A stretch of 64,000 nucleotides of DNA from Mobula hypostoma (taxonomy: Eukaryota): assembly GCF_963921235.1 (NCBI RefSeq), contig NC_086108.1, positions 77,998,001-78,062,000 on the forward strand, read 5' to 3'. Of this stretch, positions 26,391-36,576 are shown piece after piece. Made by a program: the position numbers and the translations under genes. The first letter of the stretch is position 1. Each line of letters starts with the position of its first letter. The notes under the pieces were generated by a model that made no database searches, had not been told where the DNA came from, and was given only the letters and a program-made list of their open reading frames with translations.

Positions 26391-27648
26391 TTGGTATTTT
26401 TTGAGGATGTAACTATGAAAATGGACAAGGGAGAGCCAGTGGATATAATGTACCTGGACTTTCTGAAAGCCTTTGATAAAGTCCCAAATAGGAGATTAGT
26501 GGGCAAAATTAGGGCACATGGTATTGGGGGCAGAGTACTGACATGGATTGAAAATTGGCTGGCTGACAGAAAACAAAGAGTAGCGATTAACGGGTCCCTT
26601 TCGCAATGGCAGGCAGTGACCAGTGGGGTACCACAGAGTTCAGTGCTGGGACCGCAGCTGTTCACAATATATATTAATGATTTAGATGAGGGAATTAAAA
26701 GTAACATTAGCAAATTTGCCAATGACACAAAGCTGGGTGGCAGTGTGAAATGTGAGGAGGATGTTATGAGAATGCACGGTGACTTGGACAGGCTGGGTGA
26801 GTGGGCAGATGCAAGGCAGATGCAGTTTAATGTGGATAAATATGAGGTTATCCACTTTGGTGGTAAGAATGGGAAGGCAGATTATTATCTAAATGGAGTC
26901 AAGTTAGGAAAAGGGGAAGTACAACGAGATCTAGGTGTTCTTGTACATCAGTCACTGAAAGCAAGCATGCAAGTACAGCAGGCTGTGAAGAAAGCTAATG
27001 GCATGTTGGCCTTCATAACATGGGAAATTGAGTATAAGAGCAAAGAGGTCCTTCTGCAGCTGTACAGGGCCCTGATGAGACCACACCTGGAGTACTGTAT
27101 GCAGTTTTGGTCTCCAAATTTGAGGAAGGACATTCTTGCTATTGAGGGAGTGCAGCGTAGGTTCACATGGTTAATTCCCGGGATGGCGGGACTGTCATAT
27201 GTCGAAAGGTTGGAGCGACTGGGCTTGTATACTCTGGAATTTAGAAGGCTGAGAGGGGATCTTATTGAAACATATAAGATTATTAAGGGATTGGACACGC
27301 TGGAGGCAGGAAGCATGTTTCCGCTGATGGGTGAGTCCAGAACCAGAGGCCACAGTTTTAAGAATAAGGGGTAGGCCATTTAGAACGGAGTTGAGGAAAA
27401 ACTTTTTCACCCAGAGAGTGGTGGATGTATGAAATGTTCTGCCCCAGAAGGCTGTGGAGGCCAAGTCTCTGGATGCTTTCAAGAAAGAGATGCATAGAGC
27501 TCTTAAAGATAGCAGAATCAAAGGTTATGGGGGATAAAGCAGGAACTGGATACTGATTGTAGATGATCAGCCATAATCCCAGTGAATGGCGGTGATGGCT
27601 CGAAAGGCCGAATGGCCTACTCCTGCACCTATTGTCTATTGTCTATTG
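26391..27648 (+). mobile_element. Young 5'-truncated CR1 with 327-aa RT ORF
   Basis: YLDFLKAFDKVP, GVPQSSVLGP, FAND (catalytic D to N), YRALMRPHLEY; (CTATTGT)n tail; same subfamily as 22456-23042. Confidence 0.92.
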
Positions 27649-29020
27649 CCATGGGATGGTTTTCTTGAAAAGGAAACTGATTAGAGAATTAACCAGGGGT
27701 TTTAGACTTGTGAGACTCCTAATTAGAATAGGGGAATGACACAAAGCAAACTTTTTCTCCTTTACAGAGACATACAAAACCACAGAGCAAAAGTTCTAAA
27801 GTGAGCAATTAGAGGGTTAGAGGAGATCTGAGGAAGGCTTTTTCCACCCAGTGAGTGGATGGAATCTACTTTGCATTGTCTGAGGACATGGTGGCTGTGG
27901 TTCTCATTATAAAGAAGTATCTTAACTTCATAAGGCATAGGAAGCTGTGGAACAAATGCTGGTGAATGATGGGATTGGTATGGATGGATTATTGACAGTT
28001 GACATGGACATGCTGAACAATATGTGTTTGACTTTATTACTAACAATAGTATGTGGAGAGGGAAAACAACAGATCCATAGCTTTAAGATATTTGCAACAA
28101 AGAAAAATGTTTGAATCCAGATAACGCTAGTCCTCTGAAATTCACTGTGTGAAAGTCTGGTAGAGGCAGAAAATATGTGGATATGTTCTTGAGGAGCAGG
28201 AGTATAGACCAAGCATTAGAAGCTGGAATTAGGTTAGGTGGTTATTTTTCATCCGGTACAGATATGAAAATATTGCATCAGTGTTGGAAAATATTGTGAT
28301 TGAGAACTGATGAAGAATTTAATTAATGTTTAAATGTGTAAAGAGAATTGTTGAATAAAGTGTGTCTAACAATGAAAGCAAGTCAGCGAGAGAACTGTAA
28401 ACATTACAGCTGGGCTGTGTTAAATCTGGAGGACATTTATTAATTCATTGTTTTTGAAAGAAAACAAATAAACCTTTGTAAAGGAATTGTTGATCTGTTT
28501 GCAGGGCATCTTGGAAGCTCCCTTACTCCCACACAATGAATTTTACAACTAACTATAACTCCTAATTTTACCTTATCTATCTCCCCATTGTTCTCACTCT
28601 TGCAGTCTCTGGACTCCCTCATTCTTCTTTATATTTCTTTGTCACTGAAAGAGCCTTAAACATATGCTGTTGCAATGAGTTGTACATTTACACTTAAATT
28701 TAGAATTCTAGTGAAATGAATTGTGCTTCCTCGTACCCTGTTGGAACATCTAGCAATTTTTAGGCACTGATAAAAGATCTCAGCCTGAAATGTTATCTCT
28801 TCATTCCTTTCCATCGATGCTGCCTGAGCTGTTATCATAAATGTAGTTATGGCCATATATAATCACAGCTTCATTAAAATCACTGTTTCTAAAGATTTTG
28901 TGTATTTTTTCTATATGTTTACCACTAAAGTAATTCCTTTTAGCTTTATAGTTCAGAAATATCAGACGACTTGAACAAAGTAGAAAAATAATTCGTTGTA
29001 ACATGCAATGAAAACTGATA

Positions 29021-29580
29021 CATAGTCATAGTCATAGTCATACTTTATTGATCGCGGGGGAAATTGGTTTTCGTTACAGTTGCACCATAAATAATAAATA
29101 GTAATAAAACCATAAATAGTTAAATAGTAATATGTAAATTATGCCAGGGAATAAGTCCAGGACCAGCCTATTGGCTCAGGGTGTCTGACCCTCCAAGGGA
29201 GGAGTTGTAAAGTTTGATGGCCACAGGCAGGAATGACTTCCTATGATGCTCTGTGTTGCATCTCGGTGGAATGAGTCTCTGGCTGAATGTACTCCTGTGC
29301 CCAACCAGTCCATTATGTAGTGGATGGGAGACATTGTCCAAGATGGCATGCAACTTAGACAGCATCCTCTTTTCAGACACCACCGTGAGAGAGTCCAGTT
29401 CCATCCCCACAACATCACTGGCCTTACGAATGAGTTTGTTGATTCTTTTGGTGTCTGCTACCCTCAGCCTGCTGCCGCAGCACACAACAGCAAACATGAT
29501 AGCACTGGCCACCACAGACTTGTAGAACATCCTCAGCATCGTCCGGCAGATGTTAAAGGACCTCAGTTTCCTCAGGAAAT
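29021..29580 (-). mobile_element. Young Rex1/Babar-type LINE 3' fragment
   Basis: 138-aa ORF YFLRKLRSFNIC...RKSFLPVAIKLYN; (CATAGT)n tail; near-identical to the reverse of 63357-63640. Confidence 0.85.
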
Positions 29581-30243
29581 ACATTCACTTACAAAGCAGA
29601 ATTTTAAGACCCATACTGTGCATTTCTAATAGCCATTGAAAAGGTGGGGATGGACACTTCCTTAATCATCTGCAGTACGTTTGGTGAAGGTGCTCCCAGG
29701 GAGGTGTTGATAAAGGGATTTGCACCCAATGTTGAGTGTGTGACACTGTTTTTTACACATGCTGACTTTCACCACCTGCTTCATTTGTTCTTCAGTGTGG
29801 TAGAGGCTGTGAATTTGAAAACTGTTGAAGCTCGGGAAGTTGTTCCACTTTATAGATGATACATATCGTAGCTGTGGCGTGCTAGTGATGAGCAGAATGA
29901 ATATGCAGGGCTGTGTACCAAGTACAACTTGAGCAGGTTGTTTCAACTTGTTTGGTGACAAGATTCTCAAATGTTACGGGTGCAATAGTTATCCGGGCAA
30001 GTTGACAGTATTCCATTGCACTCTTGATAAGCTCTGGGATTGAGTTTATATATAAAAAAAGTAGTTTTCTAGAGTCAGGAACTGAGTTCTTACTATGGAT
30101 TATCCATTCCATCACATGCTTTGCAGCCACAGTACTTGTGTAGCTGGTCATTCAGTCACTCAACAACCATGGCACAGAAGGTCATTCAGCCCATCACATC
30201 CAGAGTAGCTCTCTTCTAGAACACAAGTTTGGCCTCTTTCCCC

Positions 30244-31123
30244 TGTTACGAGAATACACATAAAATTAAGATGTTTGCTGGCCTGGGCTAGCATCAGTGG
30301 CATCAGCAGTTGGTCTGCCACCTGCCCTCAGGGGAAGGAGAGATAAGGAACAATGGAGCAGCGTCTGGAGATGTGTAATGAAGGGATGTGGGAGGAAGAG
30401 CTGTCTGGAGCGGCTCCCCCCTTTGAACCCTGAACTGTTTGAAGTGATGGACAGGCGATACCCCAGCAGGGGGATAAAAAGGGACAGGTTCGCTAAGACA
30501 GACACACACGCCACCCGAGGTAACGAGACCCTGGAAGCGGTGCGCTTCTCACGAGTGGGTGAGAAGTCCCAGACAACGACAAGGGTGGAAAGGTACGATC
30601 AGCGGGAACCCGGTGTGTGTCCGCCCTTGCCTGGGTGCCGGGTTCACTGCAGAGGATCGACCGCATCTGGAGGAGGGGTCACAGTCGGTGACCTCAGGTG
30701 ACATCACCAAGGACCCGCCCAAAAGCTGTTTGTGAGCCATCTCGCTGGTCTGTGAGCCATCTTGCTGGTCTGTGAGTGAAGCCGTTCTGAATGATGAGTT
30801 GTTCCTATTCTATCTCTCTCTTCCCCCACGTTGTCCACCGCCATGGCAACGATTACTGCGAACTGAACTACTAAACTGGACTGAACTTTGAGTCATTTTG
30901 AAATTGGTCATTTACCCCTAGACAACGATAGAGCTTGATTGATGCTGTTATCTTAATTCTGTGCACATGTGTGTTTATCATCACTGAACTGTTGCATTTA
31001 TTATCCTTTCGATTACTGTGTTGCTTGTTTCTTTAATAAAACTTTCTTAGTTCTAGTACTCCAGACTCCAACTGAGTGATCCATTTCTGCTGGTTTGGCA
31101 ACCCAGTTACGGGGTACGTAACA
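30244..31123 (+). repeat. 5' LTR
   Basis: TGTTACG...CGTAACA terminal inverted repeat; AATAAA near 31035. Confidence 0.95.
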
Positions 31124-31127
31124 TAAG

Positions 31128-31153
31128 TGGGGTTCTCGTCCGCGATTTTGAAC
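31128..31153 (+). promoter_or_regulatory. Primer-binding site resembling the tRNA-Pro complement
   Basis: TGGGGTTCTCGTCCGCGATTTTGAAC versus the tRNA-Pro complement TGGGGGCTCGTCCGGGATTTGAAC; 4 nt after the LTR. Confidence 0.75.
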
Positions 31154-31222
31154 GCTAAATTTGGGACGGAGTAAATTGATTGGGTTAAAATTCCCGAAAG
31201 AAAGAAAAGACAAACAGCAGAA

Positions 31223-34117
31223 ATGGAGGTTGAGGAATTTATAAAGGCGCCGACCTTGGAGGCATTAGAGGATGCCAGGAAATCGGAATTGATAGCTGTG
31301 GCCAAACGGGTGAATCTTGCTAAGGTGAAGTCGACAATGAGGAGAGAGGAGATACACAGAGCTATTGTAGAGCACTATGTATCTAAAGGTGTGTTTCCCC
31401 AAGGTGAGCTGGGGGTGGTGTCTATTGAAAAACCTGCTGGAGACGCGGTACAGGTACAGCTTGAAAAACTGAGACTCGAGCACGAGTTCCGGGTACGGCA
31501 GTTAGAACACGAAGAGAAGCAGTTAGAAAGGCAGGAGAAAGAGAGAGAGTTAGAAAGGCGGGAGAAAGAGAGAGAGTTAGAAAGGCGGGAGAAAGAGAAA
31601 GAGGTAGAAAGGCAAGAGAGAGAAAGACAGTTGGAGAGAGAAGAGAGAGAGAGGGACAGACAGTTGGAGAGAGAGGAGAAACAGAGGGAAAGGGAATTTG
31701 AGCTGGAAAAGTTAAGGATAAGGGCCGAGCAGGGGCTCGTGCCGAACCAAGGTGGAGGGTTCCGGGCGACCCAGGAGGTTAGGCTGGTTCCCCCATTTGA
31801 CGATACCGATGTGGATCGGTACTTTCTCCATTTCGAAAAAGTGGCCATAAGTCAGGAATGGCCGAGGGATAAGTGGGTTGTCTTGCTTCAGAGTGTACTG
31901 AAAGGGAAAGCCCAACAAGCTTACTCCGCTTTATCCCCGGAAGATGCCCAGAAGTATGAGGTGGTGAAGGAGGCCATCCTCAGGACTTATGAGTTGGTCC
32001 CGGAGGCATACCGGCAGAGGTTCCGGAATGCGAGGAAGCGGTGGGACCGCACGTATTTGGAGTTTGCTCGCGAGATGCAAACATATTGTGAGCGTTGGTG
32101 CGCCTCGAAAGGGGTAGAGGGGGATTATGACAGACTGCTGCAACTGGTTCTGATTGAGCAGTTTAAAGGTTGTGTCCCTGAGGGTATGAGACCCTACCTC
32201 GATGAGAAAGAGGCAGCCACGTTAGCCGCAACTGCTAAGTTAGCGGATGAGTATGCGTTGACGCATAAAATGAAGGTTGCCCCGAGTAAAGGCTACCAGA
32301 AGGGTAGTCAGGACGGCGGGGAGAGTCCACCGGAAAAGTCAGAAAGTAAGCCGGGGACTAGTGAAAAGGATAAGGTAGACCGGGAGCAGTCTGGTAGGAA
32401 GTCTCCTGGAGTCGTCTGTTATAATTGTGGGAAAGTCGGACACTTTGCGTCCAGGTGCTTTGCCCCAAGGAAGGAGACGGGGAAAGGAAAAGCGGAAATT
32501 TTGAATGGCTGTATTGAGCTGTTAAGCGAACCGCTAGGGAAGGACAGGTCTGAAAAAGTCCAGGAAGGGCGCGAGAGGTTTATCTCGGCCGGACTGGTGT
32601 CAGTGAAAAAGAGGTTAAAACCAGTTCCAGTGCGGATCTGGAGAGACACGGGAGCGTGTCAGTCACTAATACTGAAGAGTGTATTAGAGTTTAGCTCAGA
32701 GACCCAGACTGGGGAGGTAGAGGTCAAAGGTGTTGGGGAAGGGACAGAGTCAGTCCCTTTGCACCAGATACATTTACAGAGCAACCTGGTCTCTGGACTA
32801 GTCACGATTGGGGTGAGGTCCGAATTACCGATGAAAGACGTGGAAGTCTTGCTCGGTAATGACATCGCCGGAGGAATCGTGTTCCCAGTCGTGAGATTGA
32901 CGGGTCAGCCTGCCAGCATGGAGGCCCCGCCCGCGATGGTGAATTTGGCTGAAACATTTCTGCCAACCTTGTATGAGACAGGGTGTAGTGAGATAAGAGG
33001 TAGTGAGGGAGCTGGGACGGACGTAGCAGTAGCCAGGAAAGAATTTGTGCAGACGCAGGAGCGAGACGAGGGGCTGATGGTTTTTGCCGAGACCGCTCTC
33101 TCTGACACAGCCTTGACAAGCTATTGTGCGGATGAGGAAGTGCTAAGGAAGAAAGGGAAATCAAGTACAGTATCCGCAGATGAGGAGTGGGGGGTGGTGC
33201 AAAAGAGTTATGGGGATGAGGTTTTTAACATGGCCCACGAGGTACCCCCCGGTGGACATTTTGCGGTGCTGGAGGAAACAGTTGGTGGAATCATGAAAGA
33301 GATTTACCGGCTGCCCAGGGGGAAGAATGTTATTGATCATGACCGACGCGAACTGAGACGGTCACCGGCTTTTGATATGCTAACAAACCTAGTCGGTATT
33401 AGCGTGGAAATCAATGAAGCTAGGGGCCCCTTGATAAGAGGAAAAAACCATTTTGAAAAGATTAGGATGGGATCGGTCAGATGGGAGAAGGCTATTGTTT
33501 TGGCCAGGTCTACTGATAAGGTCTCTCCCTTAATCCCCGAAGGAGTAATTAAACGACTCGCACCCATGTGTTTGATTGTCCCGAGGAAATGCAAAGAACT
33601 GGGACGTTGGGTTATGTCTGTTACAATAGGGCAGCCAAGTAAACAACACCCATATTTTTTGAGTAATTCAGTGACTAAAGGGCTGATGAACACAGAGGTG
33701 TGTATTGGCAATTTAACACGGCTGTCTGAAGCCAGCTTGATAGTGAACCTTGGAAAAAATGAATTCGGCCACACGAATGTCACTTACCTGGGAATTGTGG
33801 TGACACAGGGGCAGCTGGCAGTGATGCAAGCTACAGTGCAGGCTATCGCTGACCTCCCAACCCCGACAGACAAGAGGGCCCTCAGAAGGCTTTTGGAGAT
33901 GGTGGGGTACTGCAGGAAGTTTTGCAATAACTCTGCGGTCAATACCCGTCCCCCTCCTACTAAGCCCTTGCGAGAGAAAATTGAGTCGGAATGGGACGAC
34001 CCTTGTTATTGTGGTCCGGGACAAAACCAAATGAGAGGTTACATTGGTCGCAATTCATCAGTGTTTTTGGCCACTATGAAGTTTGCTGAGTTGGAGCCTG
34101 GTCTAAGGGATTATTAA
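31223..34117 (+). CDS. 964-aa Gag-protease polyprotein with in-frame integrase and RT remnants
   Basis: E/R coiled coil; SCAN-like capsid (ILRTYELVPEAYRQRFR...EQF); zinc knuckle CYNCGKVGHFASRC (32417-32458); protease DTGA (32645) and LLGND; IN zinc-finger half AHEVPPGGH; RT pieces KQHPY, VTYLG and LRRLLEMVGYCRKF. No YxDD, DDE or RNase H seen. Confidence 0.9.
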   Translation: MEVEEFIKAPTLEALEDARKSELIAVAKRVNLAKVKSTMRREEIHRAIVEHYVSKGVFPQGELGVVSIEKPAGDAVQVQLEKLRLEHEFRVRQLEHEEKQLERQEKERELERREKERELERREKEKEVERQERERQLEREERERDRQLEREEKQREREFELEKLRIRAEQGLVPNQGGGFRATQEVRLVPPFDDTDVDRYFLHFEKVAISQEWPRDKWVVLLQSVLKGKAQQAYSALSPEDAQKYEVVKEAILRTYELVPEAYRQRFRNARKRWDRTYLEFAREMQTYCERWCASKGVEGDYDRLLQLVLIEQFKGCVPEGMRPYLDEKEAATLAATAKLADEYALTHKMKVAPSKGYQKGSQDGGESPPEKSESKPGTSEKDKVDREQSGRKSPGVVCYNCGKVGHFASRCFAPRKETGKGKAEILNGCIELLSEPLGKDRSEKVQEGRERFISAGLVSVKKRLKPVPVRIWRDTGACQSLILKSVLEFSSETQTGEVEVKGVGEGTESVPLHQIHLQSNLVSGLVTIGVRSELPMKDVEVLLGNDIAGGIVFPVVRLTGQPASMEAPPAMVNLAETFLPTLYETGCSEIRGSEGAGTDVAVARKEFVQTQERDEGLMVFAETALSDTALTSYCADEEVLRKKGKSSTVSADEEWGVVQKSYGDEVFNMAHEVPPGGHFAVLEETVGGIMKEIYRLPRGKNVIDHDRRELRRSPAFDMLTNLVGISVEINEARGPLIRGKNHFEKIRMGSVRWEKAIVLARSTDKVSPLIPEGVIKRLAPMCLIVPRKCKELGRWVMSVTIGQPSKQHPYFLSNSVTKGLMNTEVCIGNLTRLSEASLIVNLGKNEFGHTNVTYLGIVVTQGQLAVMQATVQAIADLPTPTDKRALRRLLEMVGYCRKFCNNSAVNTRPPPTKPLREKIESEWDDPCYCGPGQNQMRGYIGRNSSVFLATMKFAELEPGLRDY

Positions 34118-34277
34118 TAACACGTGTAAAAGGAACAGAAAATGTGATGACTGTCTGTCAAGGTGTTGACAGCTTCAAATTCTCTGTATTAGCTAAATAA
34201 CTGTTAAAGATGTATATTGTGTATGTATCAGATAATGTAGTCATGTTTGTAATTTTTACCTCCCGGTAAAAATCCTT

Positions 34278-34289
34278 AAAGGGGGGAAG
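34278..34289 (+). promoter_or_regulatory. Polypurine tract
   Basis: AAAGGGGGGAAG directly before the 3' LTR. Confidence 0.9.
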
Positions 34290-35169
34290 TGTTACGAGAA
34301 TACACATAAAATTAAGATGTTTGCTGGCCTGGGCTAGCATCAGTGGCATCAGCAGTTGGTCTGCCACCTGCCCTCAGGGGAAGGAGAGATAAGGAACAAT
34401 GGAGCAGCGTCTGGAGATGTGTAATGAAGGGATGTGGGAGGAAGAGCTGTCTGGAGCGGCTCCCCCCTTTGAACCCTGAACTGTTTGAAGTGATGGACAG
34501 GCGATACCCCAGCAGGGGGATAAAAAGGGACAGGTTCGCTAAGACAGACACACACGCCACCCGAGGTAACGAGACCCTGGAAGCGGTGCGCTTCTCACGA
34601 GTGGGTGAGAAGTCCCAGACAACGACAAGGGTGGAAAGGTACGATCAGCGGGAACCCGGTGTGTGTCCGCCCTTGCCTGGGTGCCGGGTTCACTGCAGAG
34701 GATCGACCGCATCTGGAGGAGGGGTCACAGTCGGTGACCTCAGGTGACATCACCAAGGACCCGCCCAAAAGCTGTTTGTGAGCCATCTCGCTGGTCTGTG
34801 AGCCATCTTGCTGGTCTGTGAGTGAAGCCGTTCTGAATGATGAGTTGTTCCTATTCTATCTCTCTCTTCCCCCACGTTGTCCACCGCCATGGCAACGATT
34901 ACTGCGAACTGAACTACTAAACTGGACTGAACTTTGAGTCATTTTGAAATTGGTCATTTACCCCTAGACAACGATAGAGCTTGATTGATGCTGTTATCTT
35001 AATTCTGTGCACATGTGTGTTTATCATCACTGAACTGTTGCATTTATTATCCTTTCGATTACTGTGTTGCTTGTTTCTTTAATAAAACTTTCTTAGTTCT
35101 AGTACTCCAGACTCCAACTGAGTGATCCATTTCTGCTGGTTTGGCAACCCAGTTACGGGGTACGTAACA
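34290..35169 (+). repeat. 3' LTR
   Basis: Direct repeat of 30244-31123; the ORF-track translations inside both LTRs are identical. Confidence 0.95.
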
Positions 35170-35573
35170 CCCCAGACACAGTTTTTCCCGTTATTATTTA
35201 ATTCCCTCTTTAATCCACAATGGAACTTGCTTCATCACATCTGCAGGATGTACATTCTAGATTCCAACCAGGTGCTGTGACAAAGTCTGTCTTCATCTCA
35301 CTGTTGATTCTCTTCTCTATTATCTTATAGCTGTGACTTTTATTCCTTGACCTCTCTACCAAGCAGACAGCTTCCCGTTACTTTATACTCTCAGCATTTT
35401 ATGTTGTACTATCACATCTCCCCTCAGCTTTCTTTTCAAGTTGGGGTTGTTTAAAGCAAAAGAGCGTAAGTTTAAAATGAGTTTTAAAGAGAATTTGATA
35501 AGAAAAGAGCTTTTATTTGCAGAGTAGTTGGTATCTGGAACCCATTTCCAGAGGAGGTAGTGGAATTGGAAAC

Positions 35574-36576
35574 TGTTACAAGGAGGCGTTGGGAGCGGAC
35601 CTAAGTGCAGGACATAGGCACAGAGGTAGTATAAACAGAATTTATTGATCAATAAACAGTGTTTATTGATAGTTACTAGGAAGGCCAGGGAGCGAGGACA
35701 AAATGTCAACATGGACGTAAACGTTGGATAACCAACCGGTAAAACCTGGACTTGACCTGGACTCGGACTTGACCTGGACTTGGACTTGGACTTGGATCTT
35801 GACTCAGACTCGGAACTTGACTCGGACTCGGAACTTGACTCGGACTCAGAACTTGGATCTTGACTCAGACCCTAGAAATGGAACACGGAGCCTGGAACAG
35901 GAACACGGCTTGGGGCCTGGAACAGGAACACGGCTTGGAGCCTGGAACTGGACACAACTTGGAGCCTGGACTTGGACACAGACCTCGAGCCTGGACACGG
36001 ACATGGACCATGAGCCTGGACTTTGACACGGACCACAAGCCTGGACTTGAAGGACTTGGACAACGAGGAGACAAACTACCCAACTCAGAGTGTAGCGGCA
36101 AACAGCTGGATCTACTCAGCTGGAAGGACTTGGACATCAGGCTCTCGACTTGACCCAGAAACAGCGGACGACAGGCTCTCGACATGACCAAGGAACAGCG
36201 AACAACAGGCTCTCAACTCGACCCAGGCTCAGCCGGCCATGAAAACAACAGAATTTGTACCTTACTTGGAGTCGTGGCAAAATGGCCGGCAACTCAGCTG
36301 GACACAAAAACGACTGAATTCACTAAGCGGCCATGGCACTGAAGCAACTGGAATCCACGATTCTCGGCAGCCCTGAGACGAGCAGAGCCACCTTGCTGAG
36401 ATGACTGACTTCCGGTGACGAACTTCTGATGACGGTCCTGCACTGAGTAGCTGTAACCCAGAGCCTTTGATGCTGCCGGTTCGAAATGAAGATCAGGTGC
36501 CTTAATCAAGCCGCCCAATGGAACACGGGGAAAAGGAAATAACCGAAGTGAGGAGTCCACCGACCGGACCATGACA
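35574..36576 (-). mobile_element. Solo-LTR-like element (about 1 kb) with internal tandem arrays and 6-bp TSD
   Basis: TGTTACA...TGACA termini; GGAAAC at 35568-73 and 36577-82; interrupts an old CR1 3' end; orientation tentative. Confidence 0.7.

Larger units (their letters stand above)
30244..35169 (+). mobile_element. Gmr1-like Ty3/Gypsy LTR retroelement, non-autonomous and very recent
   Basis: LTRs 30244-31123 and 34290-35169 (880 bp, TG...CA, identical by eye); TSD CCCC (30240-43, 35170-73); PBS 31128-31153; PPT 34278-34289; domain order Gag-PR-IN remnant-RT remnant. Confidence 0.93.

Noticed and set aside
26391..27374. Possible functional or domesticated RT gene
   Set aside because: 5'-truncated CR1 with FADD changed to FAND and a frameshift near the end; openness is explained by young age.
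30297..30701. 134-aa ORF repeated three times (also 34343 and 43130)
   Set aside because: It lies inside near-identical LTR copies, begins at a non-ATG codon and has no recognisable motif; recurrence reflects LTR identity.
35724..36191. Repetitive ORFs (WTWT..., LEPG...)
   Set aside because: Translations of the tandem arrays within the LTR-like element.
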